Shown here: in pieces, positions 24,802-37,401 of the stretch
How positions within the stretch are numbered: position 1 is the first letter of the stretch
Layout: every line of letters starts with the position of its first letter
Assembly: GCA_964016885.1 (NCBI GenBank)
Contig: OZ024741.1
Coordinates: forward strand, 402,380,001 to 402,444,000
From: Eledone cirrhosa
Taxonomy: Eukaryota
DNA: 64,000 nt
Reading direction: 5' to 3'
Program-made: the position numbers and the translations under genes
The notes under the pieces: model-generated
The model's database searches: none
Told to the model about the DNA's origin: nothing
The model's input: only the letters and a program-made list of their open reading frames with translations

Positions 24802-27113
24802 CATCATCACCGTTTTACGTCCGTTCTTCCACGCTAGCATGGGTTAGACGGGTTGTCCTGTTGTGGGCAGTGTCTGGTCGGCTGACCATGCCTTGCTCAT
24901 ACAGGAACTGATTTGGCTTGATTTCTACAGCTGGATGCCCTTCCTAACACCAACCTCATTTATAGTGAGTGCTGGGTGCTTTTTCGTGGCGCCTACACGT
25001 CCACTTTACAGTGTGGGCTGGGTGCTTTTTGCTGTGGCACCTCCACGACCACCTTCCGGTGGGGGGTGTGGGGGCATATTGTCTATATGCTTCAGCTTGT
25101 ACACATGGGAGGTCGGGTACTCTGTATTACTGCGTGACGCCAGAGGTCACGGTCGTGTGTCATTGCCTTTGAGAGGTGTAATTGGGTAAGGTAGGCTTTT
25201 ATCACCTCATCCCAGGTCATCTTGGGTCTCCCCACTCCGCGGTTTCCATCGACTTCTAGTGCTCTGCACCTTTTTATGCAACTGTCATCCATCATACGCA
25301 TCACATGTCCATACCAGCGCAACCACCTCTCCTGCACACAGCATTTGATTACTCTTTTGCTCAGTCTCTTTCTCAATTCATTTATGCTTTGTCGTTCACG
25401 TATATTACTGTTACACATCCATTGGAGCATGCAGGCTTCGTTTCTCTCTAATCTACGTAAGTCTTCCACCTTCAGCGCCCAGATCTCACTACCATGTAAC
25501 ATTGCTGTTCGGATACACGCATCATACAGTCTGCCTTTCATTCTGAGGGAGAAGCCTTTTGCAGCTCGCAGTGGTAGTAGTTCCCTAAACTTCTTCCATC
25601 CTGTTCTTACCCTAGTTATTGTACTTTCTGAACACCCACCTCCGCTGCTAATTCGGTCACCTAGGTAGCAGAAGCTGTCTACTGTTTCTACAGAGCCCTC
25701 CCAGAGATTGGTGGTACTTGTTTCTGTGGCTGTTTGTTGCTTGCTGTCCCAGCACAGCTGCTGCATGTGAAGCCTACATTCTTAATTAAGCTTCCTGAGA
25801 TCCCGCTACATCTCTTGTGTACCCATTGTTTGCATTTTGGGCAGATAATGGAGTTCCTACCTACACCTTTCCTACATACTGAGCAAGGCCATTTCCCTGA
25901 GGGGATCTGGGTTCTGTTTTCTCGTCTACTTACAAGGACCTTAGTCTTTGTCATGTTGACTTTGAGACCCTTTCTTTCTAGTCCCTGCTTCCAAGTTTGG
26001 AATTTATTCTCTAGTTCTACCATAGATTCAGCTATAAGTGCGAGTTCATCAGCATACAGGAGTTCCCATGGGCATCCGGTCTTAAACTCCTCCGTTATTG
26101 CCTGCAGGACTATGATGAACAGGAGGGGGCTAAGAACCGAGCCCTGGTGGACACCAACCTGTACGCTAAATTCCTCGCTATACTCATTGCTAATCCTAAC
26201 TTTGCTGACTGCTCCCCTATACATGGCTTGTACCGCTTTCACAAGCCATTCATCTACTCCTAGTTTTCTAAGAGCCCACCAGATTACAGCACGTGGAACT
26301 CTGTCAAAGGCTTTCTCAAGGTCGACAAATGCCAAGTAGAGTGGCTTACTTTTAGCTAGGTACTTTTCCTGTAACTGCCTCACAAGGAAGAGGGCATCAG
26401 TGGTGCCTCTTCCTGGTACAAACCCAAATTGTATCTCGTCTATTTTAACCCGGTCCCTAATCTACTGTGCTATAACTCTTTCTGTTACTTTCATGACCTG
26501 GTCCATCAGCTTTATACCTCTATATTTTCCTCTATCTAGTGCATCACCTTTACCTTTGTAGCAGTTGACAATGATGCTACTGCACCAATCTTTTGGTATG
26601 ACACCTTCTAGTATTACCTGGTTAACAATACGTGTGGTTATAGTGTGACCTACAGACCCAGATGCCTTCATCATCTTGGCAGCTATACCCAATGGACCGG
26701 TTGCCTTCCCCATCTTCATATCTTTGATTGCCTTACTTACTACGTTACTGCTGACTTGTACTGCTGGCCCCTCTATGGGGTCTACTTGGGGTAGGGTCTC
26801 TTCTTCCCATGCATTCTCCTCATTTAGTAATCTATCATAATGACTCTTCCATGCATCTTTCTTCTCAGCACTTGTGAGGGCAAGCTCACCTTTATCATTC
26901 CGGATACACTTCTCTCCAATGACATCACAACTCTCTCTGACACACTGCCTCGCAATCTTGAACACCTCCTGTTTCTGGTCCCCACGTTGCAAAACATGCT
27001 TGAATTTGTTATCCTCTGCTTCCCTCCTAGCTAAGTAAACTTGTCGCCTAGCTTCCCTCTTGGTCTCTATGTAATGTACCCTGCTCCCCCCGTTCTTCCA
27101 TTCTTTCCAACTT
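24801..27113 (-). mobile_element. RTE family 2 (diverged protein, different 3' UTR), frameshifted and 5'-truncated
   Basis: ORFs 26462-26992, 25688-26383 and 25092-25766 (RT, PHD finger). The 3' UTR matches the 63133 copy. Confidence 0.92.
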
Positions 27114-27114
27114 T

Positions 27115-27152
<38 letters not shown>

Positions 27153-27701
27153 ATATATGTGTGTGTGTGTGTATATATGTGTGTGTGTGTATATATATGT
27201 GTGTATATATATGTGTGTGTATATATATGCGTGTGTGTGTGTGTATATATATGTGTGTGTGTGTGTATATATGTGTGTGTGTATATATATATGCGTGTGT
27301 GTGTGTGTATATATGTGTGTATATATGTGTGTGTATATATGGGTGTGTGTATATATATGTGTGTGTGTGTCTATGTATGTGTGCATATATGTGTGTGGGT
27401 ATATATATGTGTATGTGTGTATGTGTGTGTATGTGGGTGTGTGTGTGTATGTGTGTGTGTGTATATATGTGTGTGTGTATATGTGTGTGTATATATGTGT
27501 GTGTCTATATATGTGTGTATATATGTGTGTATATATATATGTGTGTGTGTGTGTATATATGTGTGCATGTGTATATATGTGTGTGTGTATATATATGTGT
27601 GCATGTGTATATATGTGTGTGTGTGTATATATATATATATGTGTGTGAGTATATATATATGTGTGTGTGTGTGTGTGTATATATATAAATATATATATAT
27701 A
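27114..27701. repeat. (TG)n(TA)n compound microsatellite
   Basis: Direct reading. Confidence 0.95.
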
Positions 27702-28456
27702 GAGGTATTCTATTTGAAAAAGTGGGCAACTCTATTCAATGTATACATATGAGCATTTGTTGTCCAGTTTACTGTTGAACCCTTCCTGTCATTCCTATAA
27801 CCAGGTGACTTATCCTCATAGTCGTAAGGATGAGATGCATAAATTTTCATTAGCAGAGCTTTTGACATCTTTAGAAGGAGAGCTTAATTTTTGTAATATC
27901 CTCACATTAATATCAGATGAAATTGTGAGGATATTGATGTTAGATAGAACAAGAAAAAAAAAAAAAAAATAGAATGTCATTAAAAATCTGTTTGTATTTG
28001 CTGGTTTTCCCTGTTTCATGGTGAAAGATGAAAGATATTGTTTAAATGACTGAGCTGTTGATTCAACATAAAATCGGTTAAAAGTCTTAAATCATGTATT
28101 TAATCTCACATGCATAAGTTCGGTCCTTTGTAGGGTAGTTTTCACAGGTGGATGCACTTCCTAACACAAACCACTTTACAGAATTAAGTAGGTGCATTTA
28201 ATTGTGCCTCACTGGCACTACGGAGGCTGTTACTAACTAGATAAAAGACCTCCCTCCTCTCTCTCTCTCTCATGTGTGTGTGTGTGTGTGTGTATATGTC
28301 TGTGTGTATATACCTGTGTGTATATATATATACACACACACACGCACACATATATGAATATATATATATGTAAAAGGTAAACAGAAATAACAACACAATC
28401 GGCACAGTATATGGAAGGGATATATTAGGTTAACGCTTGAAATAGCAGGAAGAGGG

Positions 28457-28492
28457 TCTTAACGTTTCGGATGATAGTCCTTCATCAGAAGA
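28457..28492 (-). ncRNA. minimal hammerhead motif
   Basis: Minus strand TCTT-CTGATGA-a-GGA ctatca TCC-GAAA-CGTT-AAGA; AACGTT palindrome in stem III. Confidence 0.6.
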
Positions 28493-28603
28493 AAGAATGA
28501 GAAATAAGATAGATTGAGGGGACGGGCGGGTTGGAATTGGAAAAATTGTCTTTAGATAAAAATAACAGGTCCTTTCATGTTGACATCTCTTGCAAAACTC
28601 ATG

Positions 28604-28666
<63 letters not shown>

Positions 28667-29824
28667 CATTAGTATATCTACCAACATATATATACAGATG
28701 TATACTCATGCAAGCAAATATATAGGTTTTGTCTTAGTAACAAGAAGGCATTGATTTTTTCAGTGTCCTGGAATTTAGTCCCCGCTTGCTCTTTTCCATC
28801 CACTGAATATTTTTGTTCCCTGTGTCCACGCATTGCCAGGTATCTTAGCTGAGAATGACTCCCTGATGACGAAAAGGTTTCTCCATGCTCTCCATGTATA
28901 TTCCCTTTCAGAAACTAATTAGTTTGAGTGAAATTTAAGTAAGTAAGCTAATTACTATAATTTTCTTATTTTACGTTTTTCATATATATATATATACACA
29001 CACACACATGCACACACACACATACACACATACATATGAATATCAGTACTGGTATTAAGTGGTAATTGAGTTAATTTATACATCATGAGTTGGTTGTGAC
29101 TCTGAGTTTTTCCTGGATTGCATTGTATAGTGTTTTGGCCACATCATGCCTCGTATGTAGAGAGTATCATGATGTCATCTTTGGACAGCTACTTATGAAA
29201 TGGATGAGATTTTCAATGTTTATTCTGCAGAGTCTGCATCTGTTGTCTTGGTGTTTTGCCTGTCTCTCTTTTATGCCTCTGGTATTTCATTATGATTTCC
29301 TGATCTTGGATTGCAAAAGCAGATCCTTCAAAGTGAGAACCAATATACTAGTTGTTGGTCTAAGTTAGACTGCTTTGCTTATCTATATTACTCTCACTTT
29401 GCGACTTTCTGGCAACATAGCTGTGCATGACATTTGCTGATAAGCATGCAGTTTGTTATCTTTGAATTCAGTGTATATTGCGGTATTGCTGTGGAGTTTA
29501 TGGTTATCATGTTACTCTCATGATTACATCTGCCTCATGTAAACAGACTTGTTCTATGAATGATTACCAAACCTAACACCCAGGGAGACTGCACAGTAAT
29601 ACTGCAATGAATTCAAGGATGAAAGCTGCATGTTTATCAGCAAAAAGTCATCATGGTTATGTTGCCCAGAAGCTCCGAAGTCAGAGTAATATAGATAAGC
29701 AAAGTAGTCTATCAACAACTGATATATATGTATAGTCAATCGCCATTCGTCAAATTAGACCGAGGAAACAATGTTTCCATTGGTCTTTCCAATTGCTAAT
29801 ACTTTCTATTGGTCGCAACTCCAG

Positions 29825-29912
29825 GTAGAAGGAGCAACGTGAAATAAAGTGTCTTTCCCAAGGACATAATGCATCGTCTGGTCCAGGAATCGAACTTATA
29901 ACTCAGCCACAC
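29825..29912 (-). mobile_element. CORE-SINE remnant
   Basis: GGAGCAACGTGAAATAAAGTGTCTT matches the reverse complement of the CORE domain in the 10012 SINE. Confidence 0.65.
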
Positions 29913-30022
29913 ACCTTCACTACAACTGACAGGAAATAACAAAATACCTGATACAAAAAAGAGATGCAGGTAAAACACCTAGATGTCGTTGGAGTGATAT
30001 GATGTGATACACAAATGTTGTT

Positions 30023-30131
30023 TGGATTGAGGTTAAGGCCTCTGCCTCCCTGGATTGAGGTTAAGGCCTTTGCCTCCCTCTTTATGTTAAGCCTCTGCCT
30101 CCCTGGATTGAGGTTAAACCTCTGCCTCCCT
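30023..30131. repeat. about 28-bp minisatellite GGATTGAGGTTAAGGCCTCTGCCTCCCT (3-4 copies)
   Basis: Direct reading; it duplicates the GGRGL-coding segment of the decayed LINE. Confidence 0.8.
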
Positions 30132-31091
30132 CGTTATGTTTCAGGTAAAGGTGGTCAATGTCACTGTTGATGTGGAAATTTCCAGTGCCAGTTAGAACTG
30201 TTCTGGTTTAAACATCAATAGCTTGGATCTCCTCTAATGTCCAGCCAAGTAGTCCAAATGTTGGTGTCAAGACAGACACAGCAAACACATTGTGGACTTC
30301 TGGTTTAATGTGGACTGAGAGATCAAAAGACCATATTTTCTCATGAGATTCATATTCCCTGGTTACTCATTCATTGTTACAAACTCCATCATAAGATATA
30401 CTTTCATCTATCCCTAGGCATCTGTAGCAGTCCTCGTCAGATGCCAATGAAACAATCAGGCTATTGGTAGAGATGTTGCTAGATTGGCTTGTAGTTTTTC
30501 CTTGCTTTACAATCTTATATTTGCGTGTGTGTATGTATGTATATATAATAATAAAAATGTTTGTGTACAAAGCTCAGGTGCACTATAACTCATCAAAGGT
30601 GTATGTATAGTAGATAGAATAACATACATATGTCAAAAAGGTGAACAGTGTATAAGTCATGATATACATACAGATACATGTGTGTGTATGGTGTAGTATT
30701 GGCGAATTTGAGGAAGCATGGAGGTTTTGAAGGATGCAGTTTACTGACAGCTAACAACTGATGCAGGTAGTTTGTTCCATGCTTCAGCAACTTTGAGCAT
30801 GAAAAAAATGTGTATGTATGTATATATATATATATATATATGTGTGTTTGTGTGTGTTTGTGTGTATGTATGTATGTGTGTGAGAGAGAGAGGAGGTAAA
30901 TAGGGAGTTAAGTGTTTGTTTTATCTGATAATCCTTGATTGCATTGGTTTGTATTAAATTATGCAGAGAGAGGGAGGAAGTGAGAGTGTTGGGAGGAAAA
31001 ATAAATAAATAAAGAGATATGATAATTTAACATTCATTTATATACCCCCCCCCCCCCCCCCCCCACACACACACACCTATATATATATATA

Positions 31092-31972
31092 CAAGGTGAG
31101 GATGATATTTGTTCGCAATTTTCAATTGCTAATTTTATGCAAATTTTTTTTACTTCCGTTGTCACTCTTGTCTTCATAAAAACAGTGACTATATTTCCAT
31201 TATTTATTTTCAGAATAATTGATTATGAATAATTTTGAACCTCCAAATTTGTGAAAGAGACCTTGAGTTCTTCTTGGAATCCGCGCCGGGAGGACAAATA
31301 AGGAAATTTCAGACTTTCTCAGCGTCAGCAGGAGAATGGTGTCTCATCCAAAGACGTGCCCAGAGTCATGCAGACAAAGTTTCCAGCGACAACATTGGTC
31401 TTAGGTGTCATCAGCAGTCATGGTGACGTCATGCCACCTCACTTCTTCCCTTAGGGCCTCAAGCTGAACACCGATGGCTACATCCACGTTCTGAGCGAGG
31501 TAGTAAAGCCCTGGATCCACCAGGTAGCTGCAGGTGGGCCGTACGTGTGGCAGCAACACTCAGCGCCCTGCCATACCAGCCGAAAGACCCAAGCCTGGCT
31601 GTCAGAGAACTTCGTCGACCACACGTCACCTGACATCTGGCCTCCCAGCTCGCCTGATTGCAACCCCCTCGACCTCTTTGTGCGGGGCGCAGTGGAACGA
31701 GACACCAACAGATCTAGCTGCAATACGAAAGACAATCTGAAGGCCAGGATCACAAGTGTCTTTCGGGGCCTAAGTCGGGGGACAGTGACGAAGGCCTGTA
31801 GCCGGTTCCGAGGCCGTCATCAAAGCCAATGGCGGGTTTATCGAGTGAGATCAAAAGAACAAGTCATGAAGACAAACTGACCCAAGTTTGATAAATATAT
31901 CTTAAAAAATAAAACTACTGTGTTATTTTTTCCTAGACAGTAATCTTGCAAACAAATATCGTCCACACCCTG
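31092..31972 (+). mobile_element. Tc1/mariner superfamily, DD37D (maT) transposon, internally deleted and defective
   Basis: 27-bp imperfect TIRs (31092-31118 / 31946-31972, CA(A/G)GGTG...) with TA flanks. The transposase remnant WQQHSAPCH...WPPSSPDCNPLD has 37 residues between the 2nd (mutated D>H) and 3rd catalytic positions. In-frame stop upstream. Confidence 0.88.
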
Positions 31973-31985
31973 TATATATATATAT

Positions 31986-32423
31986 GACCAAAGATTAGTA
32001 TGGTTCGTTGATTACTCAATGAATACAATTTTACAATAGATTAGAAGCACTCAACAGTAAAGTTTTCATGGAGTTTTTAATATTATTCAAAATGAAAAAT
32101 ATTCTCATAATCAAAATATATACTTTATTATATATATTTCAAAGGTACTGTGTTGTTTTTTCAGTACGTCCTCATCAGACAAAATATATGATTTGATATA
32201 TGACATACCGCTACGGTCTTGATTATTCAATTCCAGTATTGGTAGTGAATAATCAATTCCAGTATTGGAATTGAATAATCAAGACTGTAGCGGTATGTCA
32301 TATATCAAATCATATATTTTGTCTGATGAGGACGTACTGAAAAAACAACACAGTACCTTTGAAATATATATAATAAAGTATATATTTTGATTATGAGAAT
32401 ATTTTTCATTTGTTAATATTTTG

Positions 32424-32430
<7 letters not shown>
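31986..32430. mobile_element. fold-back element: 146-bp inverted arms (32090-32235 / 32266-32411), both with intact hammerhead cores
   Basis: Arms are nearly perfect reverse complements; (TA)n on both flanks. Confidence 0.82.
32313..32382 (+). ncRNA. type-I hammerhead ribozyme motif (mirror copy on minus strand at 32119-32188)
   Basis: TATATTTTGT-CTGATGA-GGacGTACTG..CAGTACCTTT-GAAA-TATATA-TA-ATAAAGTATA; 10-bp stem I with two G-U pairs. Confidence 0.75.
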
Positions 32431-32488
<58 letters not shown>

Positions 32489-32645
32489 TATATATAGAAG
32501 TAGTAACACAACAGTTAGTTCACCATACCGAGAACAATTGTTTCACCTTATGTGGATCTTCATATATATATATATATTTGTGTGTGTGTGTCTGTGCGTG
32601 TATATATCATTGTAATTTAAACGTCCACTTTCCCTGGTAGCAAGG

Positions 32646-32681
<36 letters not shown>

Positions 32682-32697
32682 ATGTATGTATGTATGT

Positions 32698-34173
32698 ATC
32701 ATCATCATCATCATCATCAACGTTTAACGTCCGTGTTCCACGCTTGCATGGGTTTGGACGGGGGTATTCCCACTTGAGGCAAGAGTGATTGTCTTGCTCG
32801 CATAGGACTGTCTGGCAGGTTTTCTACAGTTGGATGCCCTTCCTAACACCAACCACATTTACAGTGTGGGTCTGGGAGGTTTTTACCGTGTTGCCTACAC
32901 GGCCACATTACAGCGTGGACTGTGTGTTTTTTTGTCGTGACACCTACACGATCTCATTTGTTTCGGCCTGGATGGTGTGGCACCAACATAACTTTACATA
33001 GAAGGGGGCGGTGTGGATGGGGTGGGGTGGTGGGACGGGGGTGTATTTTGTTAGAGATGCCTACTGACTGTAGTAGGTTTTACTTTGTATTTAGGTAAGG
33101 CGGGTCTTCTCTATTACTGAGTACCGCCAAAGGTCTCGGTCCAGTGACATTGTCTTGGTGAGGTGTAAGTGTGTGAAGTCGGAGTTTATCAGCTCGTCCC
33201 AGGTTTTTCTGGGTCTGCCTATTCCGTGGCTACCATCTATCTTTATTGCCCTGCACTTTGTTATACAGCTATCGTCCTTCATGCGCATCACGTGACCATA
33301 CCAACGTAGCCTTCTCTTGAGTAAACAACATCTGATCCCTCTTATTTCTAATTTTTTCCTTAGTTCGTTTATGCTTTGCCGTTCACGTATATTACTGTTA
33401 CACATCCAGCGGAGCATGCAAGCTTCGTTCCTCTCTAGTCTGCGTATATCCTCTGCACACAATGCCCAGGTCTCACTGCCGTGCAACATTGCTGTTCGTA
33501 TGCAGGCATCGTACAGCCTGCCTTTCATTTTTAGGGAGAACCCTTTAGCGGCTAATAGTGGTATAAGCTCTCTGAACTTTTTCCACCCAGTTCTGACTCT
33601 AGCTACTGTACTTTCAGAGCACCCTCCCCCACTGCTGATTTTATCGCCCAGGTAATGGAAGCTGTCCACTATTTCTATAGAACCCTCTGCGCAGTTGAAA
33701 GAGCTAGTATTTTGTGGGCACTTGCTGCTACTTATTGCCCCAGAACACCGGCCACATGTAAAATCTATGTTCTTAGTTAGCTTACCTGTGATCCCACTAC
33801 ATCTTTTATGCACCCAAACTTTGCATTTGGGACACAAAATGGAATTTCCACCTACGCCTTTCCTACACTCTGCGCATGGCCACTTCCCGGAGGGGACCGC
33901 CGCCTTATTTTCTTTCTTACAAACTAGAACTTTAGTCTTAGCTAGGTTAACTTTAAGGCCTTTTGATTCTAGGCTGTGCTTCCATGTTTGGAATTTCTTC
34001 TCTAGCTCGGCCATTGATTCAGCTATGAGCGTTAGATCATCTGCGTATAGGAGTTCCCATGGGCAGCCGGTCTTGAACTCCACTGTTATAGGCTGGAGGG
34101 CAATAATAAATAGTAGGGGGCTAAGAACAGAGCCCTGATGAACACCAACTTTTACACTAAACTCTTCACTATA
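32698..34173 (-). mobile_element. RTE family 1, 5'-truncated, ORF open to the stop
   Basis: ORF 33091-34173, 3' UTR and (CAT)n tail. Confidence 0.95.
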
Positions 34174-34295
34174 CCAAGAGAGACAATGAGAGTGAAAGCA
34201 AGAGAGGTTATATTTTTTCCTGGAGCCTTTTGCGCTGTTGAACACAGGCAGCAGGTGCATCTTAGTTGATATGAAATTTATATATATGTACGTAC

Positions 34296-34337
<42 letters not shown>

Positions 34338-34755
34338 AGATGAGGAGCTTGGTAGAGCACACATGACCTTTACTGCCTCGTCTGGACATTGATTGATGTG
34401 GTTGATGTTCAACTTGTGTATTTTCCATATGTTTGTGGTTATGTTGTTGTTGTACTGTCCTACACTTATTTCTCAGTAGCTGGTTTATTTCTAGCTGTAT
34501 ATACTGAGAAAAGTAGTGATCCTACCTCTAGTTGTACAAAATGGCTATGGTTCATTCCACAGTGTCGAAGTAGATCTGAAAGAGTTAGATAATTTTCTTT
34601 GTCTATCCTTTGGTCTCTGTCTTCATTTTCCCTTTCCTGTGTGTAATCTCTTCCATGTATATTTTACATGTAATGCCAAACACCACTTTGTTACACTTAG
34701 CTGATACACACACACGCACGCACTCACGCACACATACACACACACACCTCACCAA

Positions 34756-37298
34756 CATCATCATCGTTTTACATCAACCTTCCACGCTAGCATGGGTTTA
34801 GACGGGAATTGTCCCACTTGAGGCAAGATTGGTCGGGTGGCTATGTCTCGCTCGTATAGGACTGTCTGGCAGGTTTTCTACGGCTGGATGCCCTTCCTAA
34901 CACCAACCACATTTACAGTGTGGACTGGGAGGTTTTTACCATGTTACCTACACAACCACATTACAGCATGGACTGTGTGTTTTTTTGTTGTGACACCTAC
35001 ACGACCTCATTTATTTAGGACTGGATGTTGTGGTACCAACATAACTTTACAGAGAAAAGGTGGTGTTGGTGGGAGTGAGTGGGGTGGAGTAGGTGTAGTG
35101 CGATGGGGGTGTATATTTGTTTAAAAAGTGCCTACTGACTGTAGGTTTCGCTTTGTACATAGGCAAGGTGGGTCTTCTGTATTACTGTGTGGTGCCAAAG
35201 ATCTCGGTCCAGTGACATTGCACTTTTTTATACAACTTTCGTCTTTCATGCGGATCACGTGACCATACCAATGTAGTCTTCTCTCGAGTAAACAGCATCT
35301 GATCCCTCTTATTCCTAATTTCTTACTTAGTTCATTTATTCTTTGCCGTTCATGATTATTACTATTGCAGATCCAACGGAGCATGGATGCTTCGTTCCTC
35401 TCCAGTCTGCACAGATCCTCTGCACACAATGCCCATGTCTCACTGCCATATAACATTGCTGTTTGTATGCAGGCATCATACAATCTGCCTTCATTTTTAA
35501 AGAGAATACTTAAGTGGCCAATAGTGGTATAAGCTCTCTGAACTTTTTCCATCCCGTTCTGACTCTGGCTACTGTACTTTAAGAGCACCCTCCACCACTG
35601 CTGATTTTGTCACCCAGGTAATGGAAGGTGTCCACTAATTCTATAGAACCATCTGGGCATTAGAAGGAGCTAGTATCCTATGGGCACTTGCTACTACTTA
35701 TTACACCTGAGCATCGGCCACATATAAAATCTACATTCTTAGATAGCTTACCTGTGATCCCACTACATCTTTTATGTACCCATAGTTTGCATTTGGGACA
35801 TAATATGGAATTTCTGCCTACTCCTTTCCTACACACTGAGCATGTCCATTTCCCAGAGGGTACCTGTACCCTATTTTCCTTCTTACATACTAGAACTTTA
35901 GTCTTAGACAAGTTAATTTTAAGGCCTTTTGATTCTAGGCCATGCTTCCAAGTTTGGAATTTCTTCTCTAGTTCAGCCACAGATTCAGCTATGAGCGTTA
36001 GATCATCTGCGTATAGAAGTTCCCATGGGCAGCCGGTCTTGAACTCCTCTATTATAGCCTGAAGGGCAATAATAAATAGGAGGGGGCTAAGGACAGTGCC
36101 TTGATGAACACCAACTTTTATGCTAAATTCTTCACTATATTCGTTGTTAATTCTAACCTTGCCGACTGTTTCTTTATACATAGCTTGTATAGCTCTCACA
36201 AGCCATTCATCAACACCTAGTTTTCTAAGAGCCCACCAGATAATGGAGTGGAGGACTCTGTCAAAGGCTTTCTCCAAGACAACAAAATCTAAGTATAGGG
36301 ATTTACTTTTAGCTAGGTACTTCTGTAGTTGTCGTACAAGGAAAAGAGCGTCTGTGGAACTTTTACCTGACACAAACGCAAACTGTATTTCATCTAGATC
36401 AATTCGCTCTCTGATTAGTTGCACTATAACTCTTTCTGTGACCTTCATGACATGGTCAACTAACTTAATGCCTCTATAGTTTCCCCTATCTAGGGCATCT
36501 CCTTTATCCTTGTAGCAGTTAATGATGATGCTGCTGCGCCAGTCATTTGGTATGACTCCATTCTGTATGACTTGGTTTACTATCCGGGTGACCATAGTGT
36601 TGCCTCCCATTCCAGATGCTTTCAGCATTTCAGCAACTATCTCCGAAAGCCCACCTACCTTGCCTGTCTTCATATCTTTGATTGCCTTACTTATTATACT
36701 ACCTTTAACTTGCACTGCTGGTCCCTCTATTGGATCGATGTGGGGGTGACTGTCTTTCTCCCATTTATTCTCCTCATTTAGTAGCCTTTTGTAGTGACAC
36801 TTCCAAGCTACCTTCTTATCAGCGTCAGTGATGGCAAGTACACCATCATCATTACGGACACACTTCTCCCCGACAATATCACTGTTTTCCTTGACACATT
36901 GTCTAGCAATCCTGAACACCTCACGTTTTTGGTCCTCGCGTTGTAGAACATGCTTGAACTTTCTTTCCTCTGCTTCCCTTCTTGCGAAGTAGACTTGTCT
37001 CCTAGCTTCCCTCCTGGCCACTTGATAGTGTTCTCTACTTCCCCCATCCCACCATACTTTCCAAGACTGCTTTTTGGCCTTGATTGTCTCCTCTACCTTA
37101 CTGTTCCACCTCCAATTTACTCTCCTCCTACCAATAGGTCTGCTCCAGCAACAGATTTCATCTGTTGCCTTCAGCAGGTTAACTTTCAGGAATTCCCACT
37201 GTTCCTTTATATTGTACGTCTCTAATTTCTCTTCCTTACTGTCAAAGCTTCAAGTAATAAGCTTTTAAATTTGTTACTGGCTGTGGGGTCCTTTAACT
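34756..37298 (-). mobile_element. RTE family 1, older diverged copy with deletions and frameshifts
   Basis: ORFs 35678-37021 and 35121-35588; 3' UTR 34756-35160. Confidence 0.92.
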
Positions 37299-37347
37299 AT
37301 ATATATATATATTTATATATATATGTATATATATATATATTTATATA

Positions 37348-37395
<48 letters not shown>

Positions 37396-37401
<6 letters not shown>

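Larger units (their letters stand above)
29100..30520 (-). mobile_element. decayed R4/Dong-like (RLE-type) non-LTR retrotransposon fragment
   Basis: Minus-strand translation by eye: CYRCLGIDESISYDG (about 30400), NVFAVSVLTPTFGLLGWTLEEIQAIDV*TRTVLTGTGNFHINSDIDHLYLKHNEGGRGL (30295-30115) and HFEGSAFAIQDQEI (about 29320). Many stops. Confidence 0.65.

Noticed and set aside
28863-28876. CTGATGACGAAA hammerhead-like core
   Set aside because: No stem II and no convincing stem I.
27716-28920. Host gene exons in unique-looking segments (also 34335-34700, 42750-43560, 47440-47770)
   Set aside because: No recognisable protein similarity or convincing exon structure by eye; short exons cannot be excluded without RNA-seq.
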